In this document: positions 1 to 11,672 of the stretch, one piece after another
Numbering within the stretch: position 1 is the first letter of the stretch
Layout: each line of letters opens with the position of its first letter
Assembly (NCBI GenBank): GCA_050575255.1
Contig: JBNZDD010013610.1
Location: 1,534,366 to 1,598,365, forward strand
Length of the DNA: 64,000 nt
DNA from: Harriotta raleighana
Lineage: Eukaryota
Direction: 5' to 3'
Program-made: the position numbers and the translations under genes
Notes under the pieces: generated by a model
Seen by the model: only the letters and a program-made list of their open reading frames with translations
Told to the model about the DNA's origin: nothing
The model's database searches: none

Positions 1-59
1 AGTGGATGCATCGCAGGCGTTTGCATAGCCACAGCATTAGAACAGCAATCATGTATTAC

Positions 60-240
60 CTTGCCGCTCTCTTGTCACAGAGCCAAGGAAAACCTCTGTT
101 ACGTAGCAGCCACCTCCTGTTCCCTGTGCCGTGAGTCATTTTTTTTTAACGTTGCCATACCCCTACGTAGCAAGAATGCGTACTTCCTGTGCCTGTGGAG
201 ATGTCCTACCACCTCGCTCACTCATTTAGCTGGGTTGCTC
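60..240 (-). promoter_or_regulatory. Candidate promoter / alternative first exon with TF-motif cluster
   Basis: TACGTAGCA twice (100-108, 164-172), AP-1 TGAGTCA (132-138), ETS ACAGGAAGT on minus (182-190); minus-strand donor AAG|GTAATA after position 60. Confidence 0.3.
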
Positions 241-247
241 CCCCCTA

Positions 248-292
248 CTCTCTCTCTCTCTCTCTCTCTCTTTCTTTCTCTCTCTCTCTCTC
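248..292. repeat. (CT)n microsatellite
   Basis: Direct reading; explains the SLSLSL/RERERE ORFs here. Confidence 0.95.
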
Positions 293-349
293 ACGCACGC
301 CTTTTCTCTGCTTTTTTTTCCCTCTCCATTCTCTGTGCCCACCGCTCAC

Positions 350-474
350 CAGATGGAACGCGTCTGGGCTGCAGAGGCTGTGTCTGCTTCTCCGTGCCAG
401 CCTGACCGCCAACGATGCTCCACACAATGAATAATCAATACCCTTATTGATCTGTTGTGAATGTTTGTAAATTC
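350..474 (-). other. Candidate 125-nt internal exon, probably 5'UTR
   Basis: Minus acceptor ctccctttccattcttcctttcag|G and donor CTG|GTGAGC; no ATG inside; no recognisable protein. Confidence 0.5.
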
Positions 475-2600
475 CTGAAAGGAAGAATGGAAAGGGAGGG
501 GGGTGATTGGTGGGGGTGGGTGGGGGGGTCAGTGGGGGGCTGTTGTGGAGAAAGCCACTGATATTCGCAGGATCTCCGGAGGGGAAGCTTATTGGTCCGT
601 CAAAGCCCATTCATTCTTGGAAACCTGCGCACATGCACAACATTCAACTATACCGCAGCTGTAATTGTGTGATGCAAACAACAAATTCATTGACAATCCT
701 GTGTGTTAAACGGGCTGCAATAACTTTCTTTACAATTCTGCTAATGGTCACGGCCTACAGTGAAAGCAGCTGACTAGACTCCAGGGCTGCTGGCACGCCA
801 TCAACCCCTGGTCTGGAAGCTCACGAAAGCAGCCTATCACCCTTTCTCAGTTGAGCAATCATGCTTGAATACAAGATCAACTCAACACATAGCACCTAGA
901 TTGGGTTTGTGACAGGAGCATTAGTAACCTTTATGATATTAATCGGGAGCTGGATTTTATTCCTGGGTTCAATCCTCTAATTCGACAGGGACAGAGAACC
1001 ATCCATTTTATCAGTCAGAGCCAGCAAAATGATTTTTTTTTTTGCAGGGCACTGATTAGCTGCCGTGATCCAATTAGCAGCACCTTTCTATCAGAGACCC
1101 TGCTCCAGCGTGTTGTTGCAATGTCCGGAGCCAGTCATAAATCCTGAAGACAGTGAATCTTTCCACTGGGGAAGATTAATTGCAGCAGCCGCCACTATAT
1201 AAAAATGTTCAAGATTAAGCTTAATACAGAAAGGTGAAAATTCCAATATGTGCAAAATGCTGGCAACTTGCAGCAAAAAAATAGGCTAAAAAAAAGGAGG
1301 GAAAGCTTGTTGGTCTGTCAAAAGTCGGGAACTTGCCTTTTAAAGAAAACATAAACTCCTGATAATGCATAAGTGCTGTGAAAGCTTATTTGCTCGTAGC
1401 ATTTGGATAGATGGTTAAATTATAATATCTGCACTTTTAGCACTTTTATTTGGGAAAAAATCTCACTTTGTAGAAGGGGAGGAAGGTGTTTAACAGGCGG
1501 TTGGCTTTTTATATAGAAAATGGTTTGTTATTGGCAGATCTATTCTCGCTGTTAAATTTAAAATGAGGTGTTTGGATCAAGGCTTGAAGTGGCAATGCCT
1601 CGAAAACAGCACTTTTTCAACGACAACAAAAAATCGGGTTGGAAAGAGATTGTGCTTTTCATCTTAGATTTGAAACTCTGCGTGTGTTTGTGCTGCGTTA
1701 TATGTTGAGTTGTTTTGAAAGTTGCCCTGGTTTGAAATTGTGTCCAGATGTACATTGGCAGTCCTGGTCCTTTCAGAGAGATGTTAGTGCTGAAGTCTTT
1801 CAGTTTGATCGTCTTTGTAAGTAACAAAATGACGACTAGATGCTTGAGGGGGGAAGTCGGCATGAGCAAGCGGCCAGAAAAGCTCAGAAGTATTGTTTTT
1901 TTGCTCATGCATATGTTTTCTTTTCCTTGTCAACTCAATGGGATCATTTTCCTCGCACCTATTTGAAGTCCTGTTATTCCCTCATCCGCTTGAGGTTTTG
2001 CCATTTTCCCACTGAGGACGAAAGCAAGGAAATCTTATTTCATCGCCATCTACTAACTCGCACGTCATATGTGGAGTGATCCATGTGGGGAGGCACCTTA
2101 ACAGCAAAACCAGAGGTGGAATTTACTGTCAATGAATTAACCCGGGGAAGAATTTGGTTTGGTTGTTTCTGAAAGGTGCAATCTCCCAGGTGATGATGTG
2201 TGGGTGGGGGTGGGGAGGTGTGGGGAGCTGCAGGGAAGTGAAAGAAATATACTGTTTATCTATATTTAGAGAATACAGTCGCTCACTAGTTGGCAGAAGT
2301 CAAGCCATTTGTGGTCACAAATTGCACACCAGGGGGAAACTGCTGGAATTTAATCAGCTAAAACTGATGCAATTTACCAGCATGAGGCACTAGTCAGCTT
2401 CCTGCTACCTGTACTATGATTTATGGCTTGAAGTTATCAGGAGCCAAGTAGGCAGGTTACAGTTCACCCCAGCTGCAAGTCTACACCCTTGAATCCTATT
2501 GATGAGGCAGACAGGCAGGCCGGTCAAACACCCACAGCACCTCGTAATACATGTAGATCTGCCCATTTCCCTTAGAGAGCTGAGAGTCCACCTTTGAGAG

Positions 2601-2709
2601 TTTTGCCCATAAAATACAGTCAATCCACTTTACAGTATATCCTGTGAAGCTCTTTGAGACATCTGGACAATGTGATAAGGCCATTATATCAAATGCAAAG
2701 ATTGTTATT
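2601..2709 (+). mobile_element. SINE 3' fragment ((TTA)n-tail family)
   Basis: tacagtcaatccactttacagtatatcctgtgaagc...atcaaatgcaaagattgttatt matches the tail of the full copy at 59947-60269. Confidence 0.85.
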
Positions 2710-3505
2710 TTTATGGAATCTGCTCAGCTCTCATCCTCTGGTATTTTATATTTTACCTTACCTCCAGAAGTGCTGGACTTCCCTCCAGCCCCTGCCTAGG
2801 ATGGAGGATATTCATAGTTTGGTTGCATAATTACATCAAAGCATTAGTCAGGCTAGTAAACGGGACCAGATTCATTTCCAAATAACTGCAGCAATCAGTT
2901 CTTGAATAATACGGTTTGCTCTGTATCTGCTGATGAGCTTTGCGTATAGGTTCATCTTCATATAATTTGTTAAACTGCATTATTAAATTATACGTTCTTA
3001 GACAAATAGACTCCAGGGAAAGATTCCAGTGAAAATATCTGGCATTACAGAAAGATATTCTCCCATCAAATATTGGTAATGGTGCCATTTATGTGTGCTG
3101 CCATTTATGTGTACTGACTATTCCCTTTTGAATGACACCAGACATTTAGTTTAGCCACTTTGATTTCCTTAATGGTTACTTGCAACCACTTATGGTAGAT
3201 TCCTTGAGGACTTCTGTAACAACAGTCCTGTAAGTTTCAAAGCAATAAAAAGAAATGTCACAGTACGTCAGACAGGAATGACATTCGTCTCTATCCACCA
3301 TCTCCGTTCCATCTATACATAAAACATCCGTAGGTTAAAGAGGGATCAACTCTCTTCTCCATTCTGCTTTCCTCCATGTGCCACATGTTTCTCTTTGTAA
3401 CCCCAACAAAGTGTTCTTTTGCTGTTCCTTGTGTTATGCGATGGAATTTGTAAAAAAAAAGATTTCAAACGAATTTGATATTTACCGATAGTTCCTGTAG
3501 AAATA

Positions 3506-3565
3506 CAACACAATATGTATTTATGTAGCACCTTTCGTGTCAGCAGTGTGTCTCGCATGTCACTG
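3506..3565 (-). mobile_element. Degraded L2-type 3' tail
   Basis: atttatgtagcacctttcgtgtc resembles the atttatatagcgcctttcacgtc tail seen at 40673. Confidence 0.45.
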
Positions 3566-4410
3566 GATGGGTGCCTGTACACAAGAAGCTAAAAGTGTTG
3601 CTGCAGTATTCTGTTGGCTCCCAAGATTTGGCTAACTTTCAGATTCTGTTGACCCTAAAGTTTGGATGAGTTTCAACAGACCCTCTAAATGGAGCATCTC
3701 ACAGTAACAGAGGTACATAGGGGTCTTGCTCGCCTGAGCTGTTTACACGAAGATGCACAATAATCCAAAACAGGTTTGGAGATCCAGACATTTCCTTAAC
3801 TCAGCAAATTAAAATCGATGACAAGTCAGGCTCTCCGACTGGACAAATGCCATGTATTCAGCCAATCAGCGCAGTTTAGTTTCAAATGCTGTGATTGAAT
3901 AATAAGTGAAGTAACACTTTGGTTTATCTGATATTTTTCCTCGGGGAAACAAGCAGCTGTCGGGTAGTTGGGTTGGCTGGGGCTGGATTACTTTAATGAC
4001 TTTCAGTGAGTGGTTAACTGTATATGAGTTTAAGGTCATCACCAAATAGGACAAACGTTTCATGTATTCAAATACGGCGAAGAGATGCTAAATAGGTACA
4101 ATGGGTTGAATGCTACCTCCTGTTCTATTTGCAAAACAATATAGGAATGCAGAAGACTGGAAGAAAGCATCTATCTTTTGCTTCCATGTACCAGAGATCA
4201 CCACGTTCATTGTTAGTGCTCTATGCTTTGGCTGCATCTATTGCCATGTCCGCATCAGGGCTTTGAACTTGTAGAGACACAGATAGAACTGGGATATGCA
4301 TGGTGCAATGGCAAAATCAGGAAGCATTTGATGTTTGCAAATGATTATGGGATGGTTGCAGTATTTTCTTGTTCTGTGAATTTGTCATGGGCTTTATGTT
4401 GAAAGTTAAA

Positions 4411-4560
4411 CCAGGGATCAATGGCTTAAAGCCATTGCCTTTCAGTGCTGTGACCTGGGTTCACTTCTCAGAAGAAATTAGTCGGTGAAGGTCATTGGCT
4501 GGCTCAGAATGATTCGGAACATATGTTTGGCAGCTCTCAATCTCAGTAGATGTTCACTGT
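4411..4560 (+). mobile_element. Ancient tRNA-derived SINE remnant (LF-SINE-like)
   Basis: gccattgcctttcagtgctgtgacctgggttca resembles the LF-SINE head (gcctttcacctc...ggtttgaatcc) as recalled; highly diverged. Confidence 0.35.
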
Positions 4561-5989
4561 TCACATTCAGAAGAGGGGGCGGGGGAGAAAGCCGCAACCT
4601 AACAAGAAACCAAAAAGAGCTGCACTGGTTGCCACGCATTTCTTTGTGGATCAAACTTGCGTCATTGACTCATTCTGGTGAAAGTTGGCACAAGCAATTC
4701 TGAGAAGCTGTTGGATATTGGCATGATCATAAACACAGATTCCTTTTTTTACTGCACCTCAATAATTCTGAGCCTGATTCTTTAGAGGGTATTTTTATGC
4801 ATCAATTGCATGATGTAAATAACATATGCAGCATATGCCTCAGATCCCCAATAGATCATATTCTTGAGCATGGTAGTGGAGTAAAAGGCCCCTTTTGCTC
4901 TATTATATTGGAATGTGTAGTCTACCAGGAATTGCTCTCTGCTCCAACTTCTAAAGCATGACTGCATTTCATAGCTTAACATTCATTTCAACCAATACAA
5001 AGGTTGGAAAAGTGAGCATGAAACTGTATTATGGTACAATAACTATTTCAAATCTACTTCTAACCCTCCTAATTTTCTTTGTATAGAGGCTATCACGTAA
5101 CAAGAGCAGAATTACATTGCTTCAATTGGCTGAGGTGGTCCAAATACTTGCCTGAAAAATGTGGACTTTCGGAAGTTGAGCCCATTTGTGCGTTGGTCTC
5201 TGCCTATGTTAACTCTCAGAAATTGCTCTTATTTAGCTATAACTTCCTCGATTCCTGTCCAGCATTTCTCCCGAGGGTGCTCTCTGCGAAGCAAACCAGC
5301 CAGTGAGCACCATTGATAAAACCTCACAGAGATTCTAGCCTACAGGGCAAAGAGAGTAAAAGGCAAAAGGGAGACCAGGCTATACTGTAGTGAGAAAAAA
5401 ATTGTGAAAACTATATTGCAGAACACTAAGTGGTTCCAATCATCAAATTGAAAAATAATATCTGGAACTGTGCTGCAAGTATTTCTGTGGAATAAATCCT
5501 GTTCCATCTCTATATCCTTATGAAACCCAAATCGCTTTGATGGGAAACGGTTCTTGCCAACCAACCCGGCTCCAATTATTGACGAATTTGGGAATTCGTG
5601 TGATGGTTTTTAACCGTCGAAAAAGGGGTTATACAGTTTTGGAGATGTACGTGTCACTGAGGATCTGGTTTTTGCTAATGTCCTGGGAAAGTGCTGGCAA
5701 TGTTGTCACATGATTGACGGCCTTCCTAACAGCATCTCCAATTCCGCATTCTTCTACCATACATGATACATGTTATTGAATATCAGCAGCAGGGATGGTT
5801 TCAATCAGCTCTTTGCCAGAGTCTTTAAGGCCCAATTATTCCATTCAGCCTGGATTTTCAAATTAACAGTGGGTTGGAAAATGGGCCATGTGATCTGTTA
5901 TCACATATCGTATTTTTCACCCCTCCCCGCCCCCACCACCCATATTTCGTCCACAAATATACAGTCAATTTTTCCTACTCCTTTCCCTG

Positions 5990-6071
5990 NNNNNNNNNNN
6001 NNNNNNNNNNNNNNNNNNNNNNNNNNNNNNNNNNNNNNNNNNNNNNNNNNNNNNNNNNNNNNNNNNNNNNN
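5990..6071. other. Assembly gap (82 N)
   Basis: Run of n followed by a poly-C tract. Confidence 1.
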
Positions 6072-6090
6072 CCCCCCCCCCCCACTTGGC

Positions 6091-6162
6091 TGTACAGCAC
6101 TTTGGGACGTCCTCCCGACGTGAAAGGCGCTATATAAATAAAATTTTGATTGATTGATTGAT
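6091..6162 (+). mobile_element. L2-type 3' tail with (GATT)n end
   Basis: gcactttgggacgtcctcccgacgtgaaaggcgctatataaat...gattgattgattga; recurs many times in the window. Confidence 0.8.
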
Positions 6163-6747
6163 CCTGCAAGTGGAAAAATTAATTTGCAAGATCTGTTCCC
6201 AAGTTTGCCTTGATCTGGGTGCTTCTGAAGTCCATTATAGAGCTGTATAACTTTACTTTGCTTCAAAAAAATTTCTGGAAAGTACACAGTGCATTTAATT
6301 TCTTGTCTGTGAATACTTTTGCCCCCTGTTGAAAGTGTACTTACATGTCAACGCTGTTGCACTGATTTGGTAACTTGCATAAACTGGTATATCACATTAA
6401 TAATCAAACAAAGTGTTAATAGTACAAATGGTACTTACACTCTTGTTTGTATAAAGTCTCGAAGCTGCCAGGCAAATTAAACTGACACCAAAGTTGTTGA
6501 TTCTATAACTCAAAAATTATATTAAAATACTTTTGCTTTTCTTCATACATTTTTCTATAAGCTTAACCGGACCTCCCACTCAATAAATCATTGTTGTGCT
6601 CGATAAATACTGTGATCTGTTTGGTTTTGCACCATATCTTATCTTGTTGAAAGTGACAAGTGAAGAACACCTATCAGATGACAGTGGAAGTGATTTACAT
6701 TTACATCTCTAATGAAAGGACATCACGTTCTTATCGACGCAAGTTGT

Positions 6748-6870
6748 CACCCACAAAATACACACAGTCCTTCATATCCCTTTACAGTATATCCTTTGAA
6801 CCGTTTTGAGATGTCTCAACAACATCATAAGGCACTACGTCAAAAATGCAAAGATTAAGGAATTATTATT
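6748..6870 (+). mobile_element. SINE 3' fragment ((TTA)n family)
   Basis: tttacagtatatcctttgaaccgttttgagatgtctc...aatgcaaagatt. Confidence 0.75.
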
Positions 6871-7124
6871 GCAGTGGTAGAATTGCACAGTAGGCAATGG
6901 TTCAGTGAGGGAGAACTATATTTATTTGTAATGCAGCAAATTCAAACCTGCATTTTTCTTGGCTCAGGAATAGTATTGGCCATAGTCGAGATTTGTGGAG
7001 ATGCCTGGCGTGTCATCACACAAAAGTTGGACGAAATTAACAAGGTTTCTATAGAACATGGAAATGAGGAGGACTCTGCAAAAAGTTTCAGTGAGCGATT
7101 TCATTTCTGTCTCTCCCATCTGTA

Positions 7125-7272
7125 CATAGAAACGTGAGGAGTAAGGTTTGGCCCAAACAGCCTAATCCACCAATCTTGACAGATATTTTAATCCCACTTC
7201 CCATTGTTTCTCCATACCCCTACGTCCAAAACATCTATTTTACCCTTACACATCCCAGGTATCTATTGATCT
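7125..7272 (-). mobile_element. Old CR1 LINE 3' end
   Basis: Minus strand reads ...ggggtatggaga...gggaagtgggatt...ggctgtttgggccaaacc, a CR1-like 3' UTR. Confidence 0.4.
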
Positions 7273-8214
7273 CACACCGACAACAAAGTAAGTGTGGGTC
7301 AGAGTCTGAATCAAAACAATTTCTAATATTATTTAACAAGTACTCCCAGGATGTAAACAGGGAAGCTTGCCAATAACTGGAAACACATCAGGCTGGCCTG
7401 TGGAAACTCTAGAGCTACATTGCATCCAGAGTGACGTACTGTACTTCTGTTGCAGAAATACTTTTGCCGAGGGCTAGCTCAGAAGGTGCTGTTCACGGTT
7501 TCTCCACAGAGGCAGTGATGCTGCTGCCAGAACAAACTCTAAACACTTGCAGGTTTTTTTTGCATTGTTGGCCTGTACATGCGTTCCCTGGAGATCAGGG
7601 AACATCCACAGCCAGAAAATGGGAACCTCGCTGGGTAAACAGGGAGATTCCACATCAGGCTCCAGCAATGGAGTCCTTGTTGAGGCAGCTGCAATGTAAA
7701 AAGGCTGAAAGGACGCCTTAGAGTCTTTGTAGATTGTTTTAGTTGGATGCGTCCTATCAAACTACATGGTGTCGTCAGCAAAGAAGGCCTAGAACATTTT
7801 TCCAACAACTAAACTTCATAGGATTTTTACCTTTCTTTCATGATTCTGAGACAATCCTCAGTAAGATGTTAAAATTCCTATCAGATTTTGTTTTAATTCT
7901 CTGGGGTGTTGGAAGCTATTATCGTCTTTGTCCATCTGCAGGCTCCACTACATACGTCCGATACTATTCTCCTCAATCGCTTGCATATGTTTCATCAAAT
8001 CTTATTCACATTTATTCTCATGTCCGCTGAGCATTGAAAGCTCATTTATTGCATTGTTTTCTTGTTATATCACAATGTGATATAACAAGAAAACAATGCA
8101 ATAAAACCCTCTCGTAAGGCAATAGTTGGTGTCCGTAAAATTCCAATCTGCCAACGTTCTTGACTAAAACATGAGAGAGCCTGTCGGCACACTGAGTATG
8201 TGCACAGAAAGCCA

Positions 8215-8370
8215 GCTGACCTCCCATGTTTTAAAAATGTCTGACTTCCAGATCACCAGGTCATCAGTTATGTCACTTCCTGCATAGGAAGTGATATCGG
8301 CAACCCAATGACCTGAGGGTCAGCCATATTTTTAGCACAACAAACCAGTAATTGTGGGTCAGATAAAAAG
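8215..8370. mobile_element. Degenerate palindromic (MITE-like) element
   Basis: Core tcacttcct-gcat-aggaagtga (8273-8294); arms share caggtcat, ctgac and taaaaat in inverted orientation. Confidence 0.5.
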
Positions 8371-9351
8371 GTGCGCTGAGTATACGTTTCCGCTTGCCAG
8401 CAAATAAACTTGATTCAGGAACTGGACAATTAATCATATTCAATGAGAAGTTTATAATTTAGGTCTGCATAGCAAAAATAAATATGGAGTGAGCTTTTCT
8501 TAAATCAAATCTCAATCTTCAGTGATGTTTGAATATTTATCATCTTTCTTCTAACTGCTCCCAGGCTGTTCTCCAAAATCTCTGCCAACGCATTGTGTGG
8601 GAGCCATGTTCACTTGCCGGTTCAATAAGAGTTATTCCTTCTGCGTCTACAGATAATAACCGTGCATCCCTATACTGCAGTTGGAAGGAAAGATCGGGAA
8701 TCCTGTGCAGCACAGACTTGCAGCACGTGTAAAGTGTTACCTGTGTCAGGGAAATATTGATCTGAATGTCGGTACTTACATTAACAATTGAAAAGTGAGA
8801 GTTCTTCTGACCCCATGTTCCTTACACTTGAGAGGGTCAAAATGAAGATTTAGGAGGTCACTCTCAGCACTTACTCATGAACAAATTTGTCTACTGCAAG
8901 TCAAAAATAATTTAGATAAGTAGACAGCATAGATATTTCATCTATCTTTGCCTCTTAAGCCTCATGAACTGCATTGCACTGCAATTATGTGTGTGCATTC
9001 AGAGATCCAACTTTCTTCACAGCTTCCATAAGAATACAGTACTAACATTTAGGCAGCAGGTTTACATGGAAAGTTTTGTATATTGTTTTTAAAATCTTAT
9101 TCCAGAAATCCCACAAGATCAATTCCCCAACCACCCCTCAACCTCCCCATGAATGATTGTTCAACTTGGTCGAACAAATGAAACTGCCGAACCTTAATTC
9201 AGCCAGTAGGGGAAACAGTCACCGTAAACTGTCGTAGGATAATGGAACGTCTCACCAAAAATATTCCAAGAATTTTTCAATAAATTGGAAGCTCCTTTCT
9301 TATTAACATAACTGGGTACTGTATTATCCTCAATCCGATTTTGCTTCTTCC

Positions 9352-11592
9352 TCCCAACTCCCCCCCCCGCCTCCCCATCTTGCCCCTTTGACCCCAGTAA
9401 AGTGTTCTGTGTAACCTACAATGGCACAGTCACACATTGGTCAAGTCTGCCTTTTTATTTTTGCCATTGGCTGTGGGGTTGGCTGTAACAAAGCATGGAG
9501 GGTGTCTGAATGCAACAAAAGCTTCCAATTAATAATTTCCAATTCGCACCAATAGTTACCAAAGTCTTCCAAAATGACCATCAGATATGTTATTCTTTGG
9601 GAGGGTTTGGGGGGTATTGGGGGGGAGGGGGATAGGTAGTGAGGAGATGGAAGGTGCAAGTCCTGTGAGTAATTGGTTGTAATGGTAGTTTGAAAGTCCC
9701 ATGCTTAGACACCAGCAGCTGGTTGCCACAGCCATCTGTTTTCAATGCTCTGTGTTTTTGCAGTTCTTTTGCGGTACAAGTGATGCACCATAGCAGACAG
9801 GAAAAGACATGCGGTCAGAAAAAACTGGGAGTGACAACTAGTGTTCTGGTTACCATAAATACATGCAAAAACTGGGTACTGCCGCTCACATGGGCATGGA
9901 CTGAAATTCCTTTGTGATTACTGCAGTTTTGCTCCCTGTGCAGCATGTAACATCTGAACACATCTTGGAAGCAGGATGTTAAGCCAGTTGCTTTGGAAAT
10001 AATGGCCGTCTGCATTTAATGAATCTGATGGAACCGTTCCTTCTGTTGCATACTTCAGCTATAATTGCAACCTTGTACAAGATTGGACTCACTCAGTATC
10101 AAACCCTTTCATGTCCTGACAAAAGTTGTGTTTTAACCCTTTAACTAGCGCAAGTCTTTGTTCTGATTTCCACTCAGTGATGGCTGGACAAGCATTGAAT
10201 CTTCTTTTCACACCAACTGCAACATTTCAGACCTGTGTGGCTCTCTGACCAGCTAGTGGGGATAAGACAGTTGAATTGGAAGTCAAACTTTAAAGGCACT
10301 TATTTTGACGAATGGGTTAACTGTGAAGCGAAAGCAACCTTTAAATGCACTTGCAGGGCAGAGTGTGATAATTATAATCTTGCACTTTATATAATGTTTT
10401 CACATCTTCTAGATGTCTCAAAGAGCTTCACAGATTATACTGTAAAGCGAATTGACTGAGTATTTGTGGGANTCCCAACTCCCCCCCCCGCCTCCCCATC
10501 TTGCCCCTTTGACCCCAGTAAAGTGTTCTGTGTAACCTACAATGGCACAGTCACACATTGGTCAAGTCTGCCTTTTTATTTTTGCCATTGGCTGTGGGGT
10601 TGGCTGTAACAAAGCATGGAGGGTGTCTGAATGCAACAAAAGCTTCCAATTAATAATTTCCAATTCGCACCAATAGTTACCAAAGTCTTCCAAAATGACC
10701 ATCAGATATGTTATTCTTTGGGAGGGTTTGGGGGGTATTGGGGGGGAGGGGGATAGGTAGTGAGGAGATGGAAGGTGCAAGTCCTGTGAGTAATTGGTTG
10801 TAATGGTAGTTTGAAAGTCCCATGCTTAGACACCAGCAGCTGGTTGCCACAGCCATCTGTTTTCAATGCTCTGTGTTTTTGCAGTTCTTTTGCGGTACAA
10901 GTGATGCACCATAGCAGACAGGAAAAGACATGCGGTCAGAAAAAACTGGGAGTGACAACTAGTGTTCTGGTTACCATAAATACATGCAAAAACTGGGTAC
11001 TGCCGCTCACATGGGCATGGACTGAAATTCCTTTGTGATTACTGCAGTTTTGCTCCCTGTGCAGCATGTAACATCTGAACACATCTTGGAAGCAGGATGT
11101 TAAGCCAGTTGCTTTGGAAATAATGGCCGTCTGCATTTAATGAATCTGATGGAACCGTTCCTTCTGTTGCATACTTCAGCTATAATTGCAACCTTGTACA
11201 AGATTGGACTCACTCAGTATCAAACCCTTTCATGTCCTGACAAAAGTTGTGTTTTAACCCTTTAACTAGCGCAAGTCTTTGTTCTGATTTCCACTCAGTG
11301 ATGGCTGGACAAGCATTGAATCTTCTTTTCACACCAACTGCAACATTTCAGACCTGTGTGGCTCTCTGACCAGCTAGTGGGGATAAGACAGTTGAATTGG
11401 AAGTCAAACTTTAAAGGCACTTATTTTGACGAATGGGTTAACTGTGAAGCGAAAGCAACCTTTAAATGCACTTGCAGGGCAGAGTGTGATAATTATAATC
11501 TTGCACTTTATATAATGTTTTCACATCTTCTAGATGTCTCAAAGAGCTTCACAGATTATACTGTAAAGCGAATTGACTGAGTATTTGTGGGA
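9352..11592. repeat. Apparently identical 1,120-bp tandem duplication joined by a single N
   Basis: 9352-10471 matches 10473-11592 (offset 1121; all four ORF pairs identical); n at 10472. Confidence 0.97.
10368..10471 (-). mobile_element. SINE 3' fragment cut at the N join
   Basis: Same sequence as 11489-11592. Confidence 0.85.
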
Positions 11593-11672
11593 GAAACGTG
11601 GCAGCCAATTGCACACAGCTGTGTCCCACAAACAGTCGTGGATGAAAATGACCAATTTATTATTGTTTTTTT
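11489..11672 (-). mobile_element. SINE 3' half ((TTA)n family)
   Basis: ...ggcagccaattgcacacagctgtgtcccacaaacagtcgtgga... nearly identical to 60060-60130. Confidence 0.9.

Noticed and set aside
3083-3114. 16-bp tandem duplication tgccatttatgtgt
   Set aside because: Ordinary slippage duplication; similar ones occur near 23990 and 52720.
9441-11580. Duplicated four-ORF cluster
   Set aside because: Product of the N-joined duplication; the ORFs have no protein-like features.
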